Both the position numbers and the translations under genes were made by a program. Positions 26,971 to 34,966 of a stretch of DNA of 64,000 bases are shown here, piece by piece. The stretch spans positions 401,582 to 465,581 of the forward strand of contig CAXXVF010000002.1 in NCBI GenBank assembly GCA_963663605.2. Direction: 5' to 3'. This DNA comes from an uncultured Sporobacter sp. (GTDB lineage: Bacteria; Bacillota; Clostridia; Oscillospirales; Oscillospiraceae). Each line of letters begins with the position of its first letter. The stretch's first letter is position 1. Below the pieces are notes generated by a model, which searched no databases, had not been told where the DNA came from, and saw only the letters and a program-made list of their open reading frames with translations.

Positions 26971-28317
26971 ATGAAAGGAATACTTATGTTTATAAAAAAA
27001 CTGCAAGCGGTTTTATTGCCGATATTGTCAGCGGGCTTACTTGTGGGATGCGCCGCGGCCCAGGATAATACTCAAAATACAACCGTTGACCAAACGTCAT
27101 ACTCGAGCGCTTCCGAAACTGCTGCCGCATCAGGCGATGATGGTGCATCAAGCGAATCGTCAACAATTATTTCGTCAGCTGAAGGCTCGATCTTAGATAC
27201 AACCGATATGTTTTCCGACCGGGATCTAAAGCAGTCGGCCGACCTGACGGACGCAGTGTATTATGCTTTGGAAAACGATGAAGACGTGACGATCAGTCAG
27301 GAAGGCGTTTATGTTTTAAGCGGCGAGGCAGATAATGTTACGGTGTACGTTGAAGCGGAGGATGAAGCAAAAGTGCAGATTGTCCTCGACGGCGTGACAA
27401 TTACGAACGAGGACGCGCCGGCGATTTATGTTAAATCGGCAGATAAGGTGTTTGTGACAACGACTGACAGCGACAATTATTTGGAGGTGTCTGGCAGTTA
27501 TGCAGCCGATGGCGATACGAATCTGGACGCAGTCATTTTCTCAAAATCGGATCTCGTGCTTAATGGTACGGGAACACTGGAAATAATCTCCCGGGAAGGC
27601 AACGGCGTTGCCTCGAAAGATGATCTTAAAATCACAGGAGGCGCTTATACGATCACAGCATCTGCCGATGGGCTGGAAGCCAACGACTCCATACGGATCT
27701 GCGGCGGCGATATCACCATTTCCAGCGAGAAAGACGCCCTGCACAGTGAAAACGACGACGATTCATTGCTCGGTTATATCTATATCCAAGACGGGACCTT
27801 AAACATTCAGGCGGCTGACGATGCCGTACGCGGGACGAGTATTGTTCAAATCGATGGCGGGAGCATTAACATAGAAACATGCACGGAAGGCATTGAGGGA
27901 ACATACGTCCAGATCAACGGCGGGGAGATAACGATTTACGCAACGGATGACGGTATCAACGCCAGTTTAAAAAGCACGTACGATGTTGTCATTGAAATAA
28001 ACGGCGGCACGATAAATATAACCATGGCCGGCGGGGATACCGATGCGGTTGATTCAAATGGCGATATATATGTCAACGGCGGAACGATCGATATTACCGC
28101 ACCGACTTCAGTCTTTGACGCAAGCGGCACGGCGCAGCTCAACGGCGGAGAAGTGACTGTTAACGGCGAAATAATTACTCAAATCACGCAATCACCAATG
28201 GGCGGAAATATGCACGGAGGCATGGATCCCGGGGACATGGATTTCGGCGACATGGATTCCGGCGGAATAAAACCCGGTGGAGCAGGCGGAGGTAAACCCG
28301 GAGGCTTCGGTGCATAG
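26971..28317 (+). CDS. Lipoprotein with a Cthe_2159-type beta-helix carbohydrate-binding domain
   Basis: Lipobox LLVGC. Repeated beta-helix rungs (DAVIFSKSDLVLNGTGTL, GLEANDSIRICGGDITI, DAVRGTSIVQIDGGSINI, DGINAS..., GDTDAVDSNGDIYVNGGTIDI). The C-terminal tail is rich in Gly, Asp and Met. The start may instead be at 26986. Confidence 0.6.
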   Translation: MKGILMFIKKLQAVLLPILSAGLLVGCAAAQDNTQNTTVDQTSYSSASETAAASGDDGASSESSTIISSAEGSILDTTDMFSDRDLKQSADLTDAVYYALENDEDVTISQEGVYVLSGEADNVTVYVEAEDEAKVQIVLDGVTITNEDAPAIYVKSADKVFVTTTDSDNYLEVSGSYAADGDTNLDAVIFSKSDLVLNGTGTLEIISREGNGVASKDDLKITGGAYTITASADGLEANDSIRICGGDITISSEKDALHSENDDDSLLGYIYIQDGTLNIQAADDAVRGTSIVQIDGGSINIETCTEGIEGTYVQINGGEITIYATDDGINASLKSTYDVVIEINGGTINITMAGGDTDAVDSNGDIYVNGGTIDITAPTSVFDASGTAQLNGGEVTVNGEIITQITQSPMGGNMHGGMDPGDMDFGDMDSGGIKPGGAGGGKPGGFGA

Positions 28318-28458
28318 CGATGCATGAAGCAGATTAAAAAATAGTATTGAGTTTGTAGTTTGAGCCCCGGCTTAAAAACCGGGGCTTAATTCATGTTCTG
28401 CGTATTGAATTCGGGTAAAAGATAATAATACATTCATTAACAAAAAAAGAGGGGTATT

Positions 28459-29139
28459 ATGAAAAAGGTATTATATATAACGGCAAATTCAAAGCCCGAA
28501 AACCTATCCGCATCTAAAACCGTGGGACGTGCCGTCATAGACCGCCTGAAAGCGCATTATCCGGAATTTACGTTTGAGGAGCTGGATTTATATGCGGAAA
28601 ATATTCCGCGCCCGAAATACGCTTATTTCAGCAGCAGGAGCTGTCCGGTCTGCGGTACGGCCCTTCAGGCCTTGAGCGCTTCCGAGCAAGAAGACGTGAG
28701 AAAAATGATCCAACTGTGCGATCAATTCATATCCGCGTCGATATATATTTTGGCGGCGCCTATGTGGAGCTTGTCATTTCCGGGGATATTGAAAGACTAT
28801 CTGGACTGCGTCATTCTAAAAGACAAAACGATCACATTCAAAAATCAAAAGCCTTCCGGACTTTTAAACGATCGGGATCGTTTTTTCCTATACGTTCAGT
28901 CTTCCGGCGGAAGCGTTCCGTGGATTGTCCGGCCCGCTTTGAACAAGGGACTAAACTATGTGGAAGATATAATTAAATTTCTTGGGATCAGCCGTGTGGA
29001 GACGCTGCTTGTTGATGACACGGGTATAACGGCTGAAGAGGGCAGACAGGCGATTGAAAAAGCTAAGAAAAAAATAGACACAATATTGGAAAGCGTTGAC
29101 CTGCGTCCGAAAGTGCACGCAGGTACACACAGATACTGA
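28459..29139 (+). CDS. azoR: FMN-dependent NADH-azoreductase / flavodoxin-like fold oxidoreductase
   Basis: MKKVLYITANSKPE...SKT and APMWSLSFPGILKDYLD, which resembles the AzoR motif P-YNF--P--LK-yiD. Confidence 0.7.
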   Translation: MKKVLYITANSKPENLSASKTVGRAVIDRLKAHYPEFTFEELDLYAENIPRPKYAYFSSRSCPVCGTALQALSASEQEDVRKMIQLCDQFISASIYILAAPMWSLSFPGILKDYLDCVILKDKTITFKNQKPSGLLNDRDRFFLYVQSSGGSVPWIVRPALNKGLNYVEDIIKFLGISRVETLLVDDTGITAEEGRQAIEKAKKKIDTILESVDLRPKVHAGTHRY

Positions 29140-29224
29140 AAAAAGAAAACCCGAATTATACAAAAGTGAACAGCACCCCAATTGTTAGACAGTATGATAA
29201 ACTGATAACAATTGGGGTGATTTA

Positions 29225-29575
29225 ATGCCAAAGGGAGTACCAAATAAAAGATACACAGCAGAATTTAAACAGCATGTAATCGAAACGATGCAAAAAGAAA
29301 GACTAAGCTATAGCGAAACAGCACGACAATTTGAGATAAATGACCATCACAGGATACAAGCATGGGAACGAATCTACTTGATAGAAGGGCCAGAGGGCTT
29401 TCAGATCGAGCGTCGTGGTCGAGGCAGCAAAGGTCGTCCTTTAAAGCTGCCAAAAGAAGTGGAAGAAGATTTGCTGTCAGAAGTACAGCGGCTTCGTGCG
29501 GAGAATGCATACCTAAAAAACTTGCAAGCCTTGGTTTTGGAAGAAGAGCGACACCAGTGCAAAAAACGCAGGTGA
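29225..29575 (+). CDS. IS3-family transposase OrfA (HTH / leucine zipper)
   Basis: MPKGVPNKRYTAEFKQHVIETM...SYSETARQFEI is an HTH, followed by a C-terminal coiled segment. Confidence 0.85.
   Translation: MPKGVPNKRYTAEFKQHVIETMQKERLSYSETARQFEINDHHRIQAWERIYLIEGPEGFQIERRGRGSKGRPLKLPKEVEEDLLSEVQRLRAENAYLKNLQALVLEEERHQCKKRR
29515..29521 (+). promoter_or_regulatory. Programmed -1 ribosomal frameshift heptamer A AAA AAC
   Basis: In the orfA frame the codons read CTA AAA AAC. Slipping by -1 enters the orfB frame and gives KKLASLGF..., which is open through to 30414. A second A6C run lies at about 29560. Confidence 0.65.
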
Positions 29576-30414
29576 TCCAAAAGCTGAGGCGAGACCATAA
29601 GTTTGCTTTGTTGCTGGATATCGCTCAATTACCAAGGGCAACATTTTACTACCACGCCAAGCGCATGACAAAGCCGGATAAATATGCGGATGTAAAAGCT
29701 GAGATTACAACAATCTATCATGAAAATCGGGGACGCTATGGCTACCGCCGGATTACTACAGAGCTACGTCGGCGCAATTTTGCCATCAATCACAAAACCG
29801 TACAGCGGATCATGAAAGAGCTCGGTCTGTTTTGTCGAGTGAGGATGAAAAAATACAAGTCATATAGCGGCGAGGTCGGAAGAATTGCACCAAACTTGTT
29901 GGAACGTAATTTTGATGCCGATCAACCAAATCAAAAATGGGTGACGGATGTCACCGAATTTAGTCTGTTTGGGCAAAAGCTCTATCTGTCGCCGATCCTT
30001 GATCTGTGTAGCCGGGACATTGTGAGCTATACCATCTCTGACAGGCCTGTGCTTTCCTTGGTGACAGAAATGCTGGATAAGGCATTCCTTCAAATACCAG
30101 ATGGAACAAATCTGATTCTACATTCCGATCAAGGTTGGCAATACCAGCATAACCTTTACCGGAAAATGCTGAAGCATAAAGGTATCATACAGAGCATGAG
30201 CCGTAAAGGTAACTGTCTAGACAATGCAGTAATTGAAAACTTTTTTGGTTTGCTTAAAAGTGAACTGCTATACCTGCAAAAATTCGAATCCATGCAGCAT
30301 TTTATTAATGAACTCATTGACTATCTTGATTACTATAACAACCGTCGCTGCAAGGCAAGACTAAAGGGCTTGCCGCCTGCCATTCACAGACTGCAAGCCC
30401 TCTCGGCTGCGTAA
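29515..30414 (+). CDS. IS3-family transposase OrfB (DDE/rve integrase core), expressed as an OrfAB fusion
   Basis: NQKWVTDVTEF (D), HSDQGWQY (D) and CLDNAVIENFFGLLKSE (E) form the DDE triad. It has no independent RBS or start. Confidence 0.85.
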   Translation, partial: KKLASLGFGRRATPVQKTQVIQKLRRDHKFALLLDIAQLPRATFYYHAKRMTKPDKYADVKAEITTIYHENRGRYGYRRITTELRRRNFAINHKTVQRIMKELGLFCRVRMKKYKSYSGEVGRIAPNLLERNFDADQPNQKWVTDVTEFSLFGQKLYLSPILDLCSRDIVSYTISDRPVLSLVTEMLDKAFLQIPDGTNLILHSDQGWQYQHNLYRKMLKHKGIIQSMSRKGNCLDNAVIENFFGLLKSELLYLQKFESMQHFINELIDYLDYYNNRRCKARLKGLPPAIHRLQALSAA

Positions 30415-30502
30415 GAATAAATATTTGTCTAACTTTTTGGGGTCACTTCAAAGTGTAATTCGGGTTTTCTGATAAGATATTTCTAATTTGTTTTAGCAAC
30501 TT

Positions 30503-31531
30503 TCAGGATACCGAGTTATAAAGGGACTGGCGGTAATAAAACGCCTCGGACGTCTTCATGAACGTGATGACGTTGTCCAGATCCACATCGGGCGAAAGGT
30601 CGCAGCCGGAGGATATGACAAAGTTGTTGTATTTGCCGCATTTGTTTAGGAGCTTGAGCGTCTCCAGCCGTACGTGCTCCGTGGACTTGCAGTTGAAAAC
30701 TTCAGCGGGGCTGATATTACCCAGGACGAGGTAGTTGCGCGGCACCTTTTCAAGCATGCTCAGCATATCGACGGAATTTCCGAAGTGATAACCGTAGCAG
30801 CCCGTATCGATGATGGAATCCATTAGATGCGGCACGGAATTACCGCAGTTGTGGTAGATGAATATAAAATTCTTGTCCTGCAGTGTATGAACGATCTCGC
30901 GGACATAATCGGTGGAGAATTCATCAATAAGCTGTGGGGACAGCAGTCCTGCCAGCGGCTCGGACATCACGATGCCGTCCGCGCCGATCTTCTGCAGGGC
31001 GGCTGCGTATTCCATGATGAACGCGGTCGCTTTTTTCAACACCTTATGGACCAGTTCCGGATTCTCAAAGCATTGCAGCATGATATCGTTGACGTTCATG
31101 AGACGTCCGGCCAGCGAAAACGGCCCGGTGCATTGGGCAAACACAGGACGGTCCGTAACGAGCATCTGCGCTTTCCGGATGGTTTCGATGTTTTCCCCGG
31201 TGCGGCCGGCGCCTATTTTAGGCACTTCAAGGGCGTCGGCATCCTCATCCGTAGCAATAAGTCTTCCGATGATTGTCGGGACTTCGTCGGCCTTGAAAAC
31301 GGTATGTGCGCCGAACGCCTCCGCCTCAACGGATAAATCCATATAGCTCAGTGCGGCCGGCATGTCGAAATTGTCCGCGATCAGGCGCATGCCGATGGCC
31401 TGATGGTTGCTGTTTGCAACAAGCTCCCTGACCGTTACGTACAGGTACTGAACGGCGGGGAAAGACAGGATGGGGAGCGCTTTTTTGCGCTCTGTGTAAA
31501 TGATCTGCTCGACCCAGTTATACATATTCAT
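30503..31531 (-). CDS. Uroporphyrinogen decarboxylase (URO-D) family protein, MtaA/CmuA-like methyltransferase type
   Basis: 342 aa. PILSFPAVQ, DLSVEAEAFG and HNCGN motifs are typical of corrinoid-dependent methyltransferase-like URO-D members. Confidence 0.65.
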   Translation of the reverse strand: MNMYNWVEQIIYTERKKALPILSFPAVQYLYVTVRELVANSNHQAIGMRLIADNFDMPAALSYMDLSVEAEAFGAHTVFKADEVPTIIGRLIATDEDADALEVPKIGAGRTGENIETIRKAQMLVTDRPVFAQCTGPFSLAGRLMNVNDIMLQCFENPELVHKVLKKATAFIMEYAAALQKIGADGIVMSEPLAGLLSPQLIDEFSTDYVREIVHTLQDKNFIFIYHNCGNSVPHLMDSIIDTGCYGYHFGNSVDMLSMLEKVPRNYLVLGNISPAEVFNCKSTEHVRLETLKLLNKCGKYNNFVISSGCDLSPDVDLDNVITFMKTSEAFYYRQSLYNSVS

Positions 31532-31704
31532 ATGCGTACCTCCCGTGTGATCATTTTGTTTAAATATAATCGATAAAGATTTACTGATTACAGTATACGC
31601 CGTTGGTGTAACTGTGTAAATATGATGTGACGATTATAGTTAAATAATACAAAACAACAGGTAAATATCAATAAAATAATAAGTATACATTTTTATAATG
31701 TGTA

Positions 31705-31734
31705 TAAAAAAGGGCCTGCCGCTTGGCAAGCCCT
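31705..31734 (-). terminator. Intrinsic terminator after 31757..32872
   Basis: On the minus strand AAGGGCTTGCC-AAGC-GGCAGGCCCT is followed by TTTTTT. Confidence 0.65.
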
Positions 31735-31756
31735 TGCGTTATGAAATGCTGAACAG

Positions 31757-32872
31757 TCAGTCGCCGCGCTCCCTGTCGTAGTATTCGCGGCTGTATGCGT
31801 AAAGCTCGCTCACAATGTTCCAGACGTTCTCCGGGTCCGGATCAAAAACGTTCAAGTAGGCGCCGCCGCTTTTGCCGTAGATATCCACGGTGTCGCGAAC
31901 CATTTTCACGTAGTCCTCTTTTGAATAGGGAACGCCTCTGTCGGCGCCCTCGATAGCGATGTTGAACCCGATCTTGTCGCCGAATTTCTTTTTAAGCTCG
32001 GGTATGTTCATGGCACGCCGCTGGATCTGCAGAAAATCCATTTTCATATCGGTCATATACGGAAGAAAGCGCGTGTTGTTGCCGCAGCAGTGGAATTCAA
32101 ACAGGACGCCTTTTGATTTGACGTGATCCACAAAGCGTTTAGTCGGCTCGAAAACGATCTCTTCCATCATTTTTTCGCTGAAAAATGTATCCCGCTCCGT
32201 GCCCCAGTCATCGTGATACGTTATCATATTGACCGGATACAGGCTGCAGATCAGATCGAAATACTCGATAGTGAAATCGACGAAACGGTTTAGGAAATCA
32301 CGGACGGCGTCCGGCTCGACGGCGAGCGCGATCATGCCCTCGGTATAGCCGCCGACGATGGAAATATAACGTTCCGTTGCGCCCTGGCCGACACTGATGT
32401 GCAGGAGCTTGGACGGGTCGTAGACGTTTTTCATAAAATGCTCGGCAGGCGTCTTGAAGTCCCATTCCCTCAGGTCGGGGAACTCGACGGTCTTTTCCCA
32501 CTGTGTAATGTCTTCACACAGGCATGTGCCGGGCGTGAGCATCGGTCCGCCGGCCGAACAGACCCATGTCCAGTTTGTGTTGAACCAGTCGTAGAACGTA
32601 TAGTTCTCGGAAGCGATTCTCGAGAAGTCCGCGCTCGACTGCATGCCGCGCACATCGCCGTTGACCAGTTCCTGCGGCATGATGAGCTGATCGTCCGTCA
32701 GGGAATTCGGCATCCAGTACGGCGTCCTCCTGGCTGCCGCCAGTTTAAAATTCTCAGCCGGCGTTACCGGATAGTCAAATACGGGATAGTCGACCTCGGC
32801 GCTGGAAAACAGCAGCTTTTTACGTGCCGTCGGCACACCCGGCGCACGATAGACCGGTCTTTCGTACTTCAT
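31757..32872 (-). CDS. URO-D-like family protein (divergent)
   Basis: 371 aa. The layout YHDDWGTERDTFFS and FHCCGN resembles the URO-D methyltransferase fold. The assignment is tentative. Confidence 0.5.
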   Translation of the reverse strand: MKYERPVYRAPGVPTARKKLLFSSAEVDYPVFDYPVTPAENFKLAAARRTPYWMPNSLTDDQLIMPQELVNGDVRGMQSSADFSRIASENYTFYDWFNTNWTWVCSAGGPMLTPGTCLCEDITQWEKTVEFPDLREWDFKTPAEHFMKNVYDPSKLLHISVGQGATERYISIVGGYTEGMIALAVEPDAVRDFLNRFVDFTIEYFDLICSLYPVNMITYHDDWGTERDTFFSEKMMEEIVFEPTKRFVDHVKSKGVLFEFHCCGNNTRFLPYMTDMKMDFLQIQRRAMNIPELKKKFGDKIGFNIAIEGADRGVPYSKEDYVKMVRDTVDIYGKSGGAYLNVFDPDPENVWNIVSELYAYSREYYDRERGD

Positions 32873-32921
32873 TTATGAATTTCTCCTTTCGTGTGCGCGT
32901 TCTATGATTCGATTTTCTTCG

Positions 32922-32949
32922 ATTTTATCATTTTGTGCTGCTAAGTCAA
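32922..32949 (-). promoter_or_regulatory. Candidate sigma-A promoter for 31757..32872
   Basis: On the minus strand TTGACT, a 16-nt spacer and TAAAAT lie about 50 nt upstream of the ATG. Confidence 0.4.
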
Positions 32950-33347
32950 GAAAACCGGACGGTCGAAGCATGCTCAAAAAAGATGAAAATACTTTTGGAA
33001 AAGCAACAGAAAGTGAATATCAAAACGGCGGTGTTTTTAGAAGTTTCACAAGGCGGCTTTATTTATGCAAAAAGAGACGCGCATGAAGGCGCGTATAACA
33101 GCTTTTTTCGGCTTCCGTGTTCACGCTCAAATCAACTGTCAATATTATGTTACCTGCGTAAACGGATTCATACAAAACGCAAAAGCCCGGCCTGCCATCT
33201 ATACGGCCAATCGCCGTGCGATTAAATTTTCGCCGCCGAAGGCGAGTTGTCTGGTCTCGGAGACGAAAATTGTTTGATTAAAACGCTTTGAGGAATTCAC
33301 TTCAGAAAAGCGTTACTATGCGAGGCCCGCAGGCCGAGAACCCTGAG

Positions 33348-33418
33348 TTATCAAAAAGCTGCTTTAAGCAGCTTTTTGATAACCTGACGCAAAAGCCCGG
33401 CAACGGCCGGGCTTTTGC
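33348..33418. terminator. Two tandem perfect hairpins downstream of spoIIID
   Basis: TTATCAAAAAGCTGC-TTTAA-GCAGCTTTTTGATAA lies at 33348-33382 and GCAAAAGCCCGG-CAAC-GGCCGGGCTTTTGC at 33389-33418. The second abuts the spoIIID stop. Confidence 0.6.
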
Positions 33419-33421
33419 GTT

Positions 33422-33676
33422 TTATATGCCTTTATATTTCATTCTTGTTGCCAGTCCGCCTCGTATATGCCGTTCGGCCTTGTTGAATTCCAGGACTTCC
33501 TTGACTTGCAGGTATAAAGGCCTGTTGATGTGTTCAAGCCGCTCAGATAAGTCTTTATGTACGGTTGATTTGCTTATGCCGAATTTTTTCGCCGCCGACC
33601 GCACCGTCGCCCTGCTTTCTATGATGTATACCGCCAAATCACAGGCGCGCTCCTCGATGTTGGATTTCAAAAACAT
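33422..33676 (-). CDS. spoIIID: Sporulation transcriptional regulator SpoIIID
   Basis: RATVRSAAKKFGISKSTVHKDLSERL and HIRGGLATRMKYK align with B. subtilis SpoIIID. The ATG at 33676 is preferred over the TTG at 33688. Confidence 0.9.
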   Translation of the reverse strand: MFLKSNIEERACDLAVYIIESRATVRSAAKKFGISKSTVHKDLSERLEHINRPLYLQVKEVLEFNKAERHIRGGLATRMKYKGI

Positions 33677-33700
33677 CACTCCCGGCAATAGTCATGCTAG

Positions 33701-33729
33701 ACTATATGCAGAAAAAGTGACGGTTATGA
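33701..33729 (-). promoter_or_regulatory. Candidate SigE-type promoter of spoIIID
   Basis: The minus strand reads TCATAAC, a 14-nt spacer and CATATAGT. This resembles the SigE consensus (ATA-rich -35, CATACA-T at -10). The match is inference only. Confidence 0.3.
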
Positions 33730-34115
33730 GGATGTTGGGTAAGGTTTGATTATCAACAGGCGTCAATAAAGTACCCGTTATGGCTTTTTGGCGGCAACCA
33801 ACCCGATATATGGTATTCCGACCGGATTTTCACAGCAGGCCCGCTTCCGGCGTAAGACGCGGGTTTTCAGAGCATATTTCTTCATAAATTAACGTAGCAT
33901 AGGGGCGGTTATAAGTCAATTCACTCTTCGTCCGCCAAACTTCACAAAAGGTGATGCGTCCGGATGTAGATGGAAAAAATGCCATGTCGAAAAAACATGA
34001 TACAAATCCGCCAAGTACAAATAAAAACAGGCATATGCCAGAAATAGCGTTGCCAACCCAATAATATTAGTGTATAATTCACACGATTAACAAAAAAAGT
34101 ATTGGAGGAATCGAT

Positions 34116-34844
34116 ATGTTGAGCGAAAAAGCCAAAAAAGCGTTTGCGGATCTGGACATGCCGTACTGCGCCGTTGCGATCAAACTCTGCCGTAATAAAC
34201 CGGAAGGATACGAACAGGCGGAGGGCGTGGACGTGTTCTGCAGCTTTCTGAAAAAAGTCCAGACGGAGAAAAAGCCTTTTTACTTTACCGTTGACAACGG
34301 CAAGTGCATGGGGCGCGTCATTCTCGGCATGATGGATCTTGAGACGAATCACGGATCGGGCCAGGTTGGCGCGGAGCTGTCCGTATTCAAAACGCCGGCG
34401 CCGAATGCCCGACTGTATTACGACGCGCCGATGATCAAACGCGGTTTATGCAACTTCGTCGTTTTCTGTCCGCTTGACCAGTGTACGTTTGACCCCGACC
34501 TTGTTATCTGTATCGCGGATACATATCCGGCGCAGCTCTTGCTGCGCGCGACGAGCTATATATCCGGAGACCTTTGGGAATCCAAATGCTCATACGTCAT
34601 GAGCTGTTCATGGACGTACGCTTACCCGTACGTGACGGGCAAGGTCAATCATCTGTTCACCGGCATGCATCTCGGCCTTCAGCTGCAAAACGCTTACCCG
34701 CCGGGACTGCATATCATATCAATCCCATACAACAAGCTGGATGAGATCGTTACGGCGCTCACTGAAATGAAGTTTGAGCCGGATGATATGAACGAACGTA
34801 TCGAGCAGATAAGGGATGATATCAACTTCCCGGTAAAGATCTAA
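34116..34844 (+). CDS. DUF169 domain protein
   Basis: 242 aa with GGAGG upstream. The N-terminal pattern AVAIKL...F and the conserved Cys/Gly positions are recalled from DUF169. The assignment is tentative. Confidence 0.55.
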   Translation: MLSEKAKKAFADLDMPYCAVAIKLCRNKPEGYEQAEGVDVFCSFLKKVQTEKKPFYFTVDNGKCMGRVILGMMDLETNHGSGQVGAELSVFKTPAPNARLYYDAPMIKRGLCNFVVFCPLDQCTFDPDLVICIADTYPAQLLLRATSYISGDLWESKCSYVMSCSWTYAYPYVTGKVNHLFTGMHLGLQLQNAYPPGLHIISIPYNKLDEIVTALTEMKFEPDDMNERIEQIRDDINFPVKI

Positions 34845-34966
34845 GAGCCGGCCTGAATTTTAATAACGTATAAATAACGCCGTCCGTATCAAACTATAAT
34901 TTGGTACGGACGGTTTTAATATTGGCGGAGGAGAAGCGGTAAGCGACTTCGGAACAGGGGACAAAG

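Larger units (their letters stand above)
29145..30469 (+). mobile_element. IS3-family insertion sequence, apparently intact (1325 bp)
   Basis: The terminal inverted repeats are GAAAACCCGAATTATAC (left) and GAAAACCCGAATTACAC (reverse complement of the right end), matching at 16 of 17 positions. An inner GTTAGACA also matches. The element carries orfA, orfB and a frameshift motif. Its GC is clearly below that of the flanks. I saw no clear target-site duplication. Confidence 0.85.

Noticed and set aside
32904-33277. Three overlapping 60-96-aa plus-strand ORFs in the ~550-bp gap upstream of the URO-D-like gene.
   Set aside because: They have no RBS, the frames overlap one another, and their sequences are low in complexity and basic. 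The gap is more likely promoter or leader DNA.
33174-33401. The 15-nt repeat ACGCAAAAGCCCGGC, occurring at about 33177 and again at about 33387 as the left arm of the spoIIID terminator.
   Set aside because: It is a single short duplicate with no inverted partner at the first site. It could be chance or a relic, and there is not enough evidence to call a repeat element.
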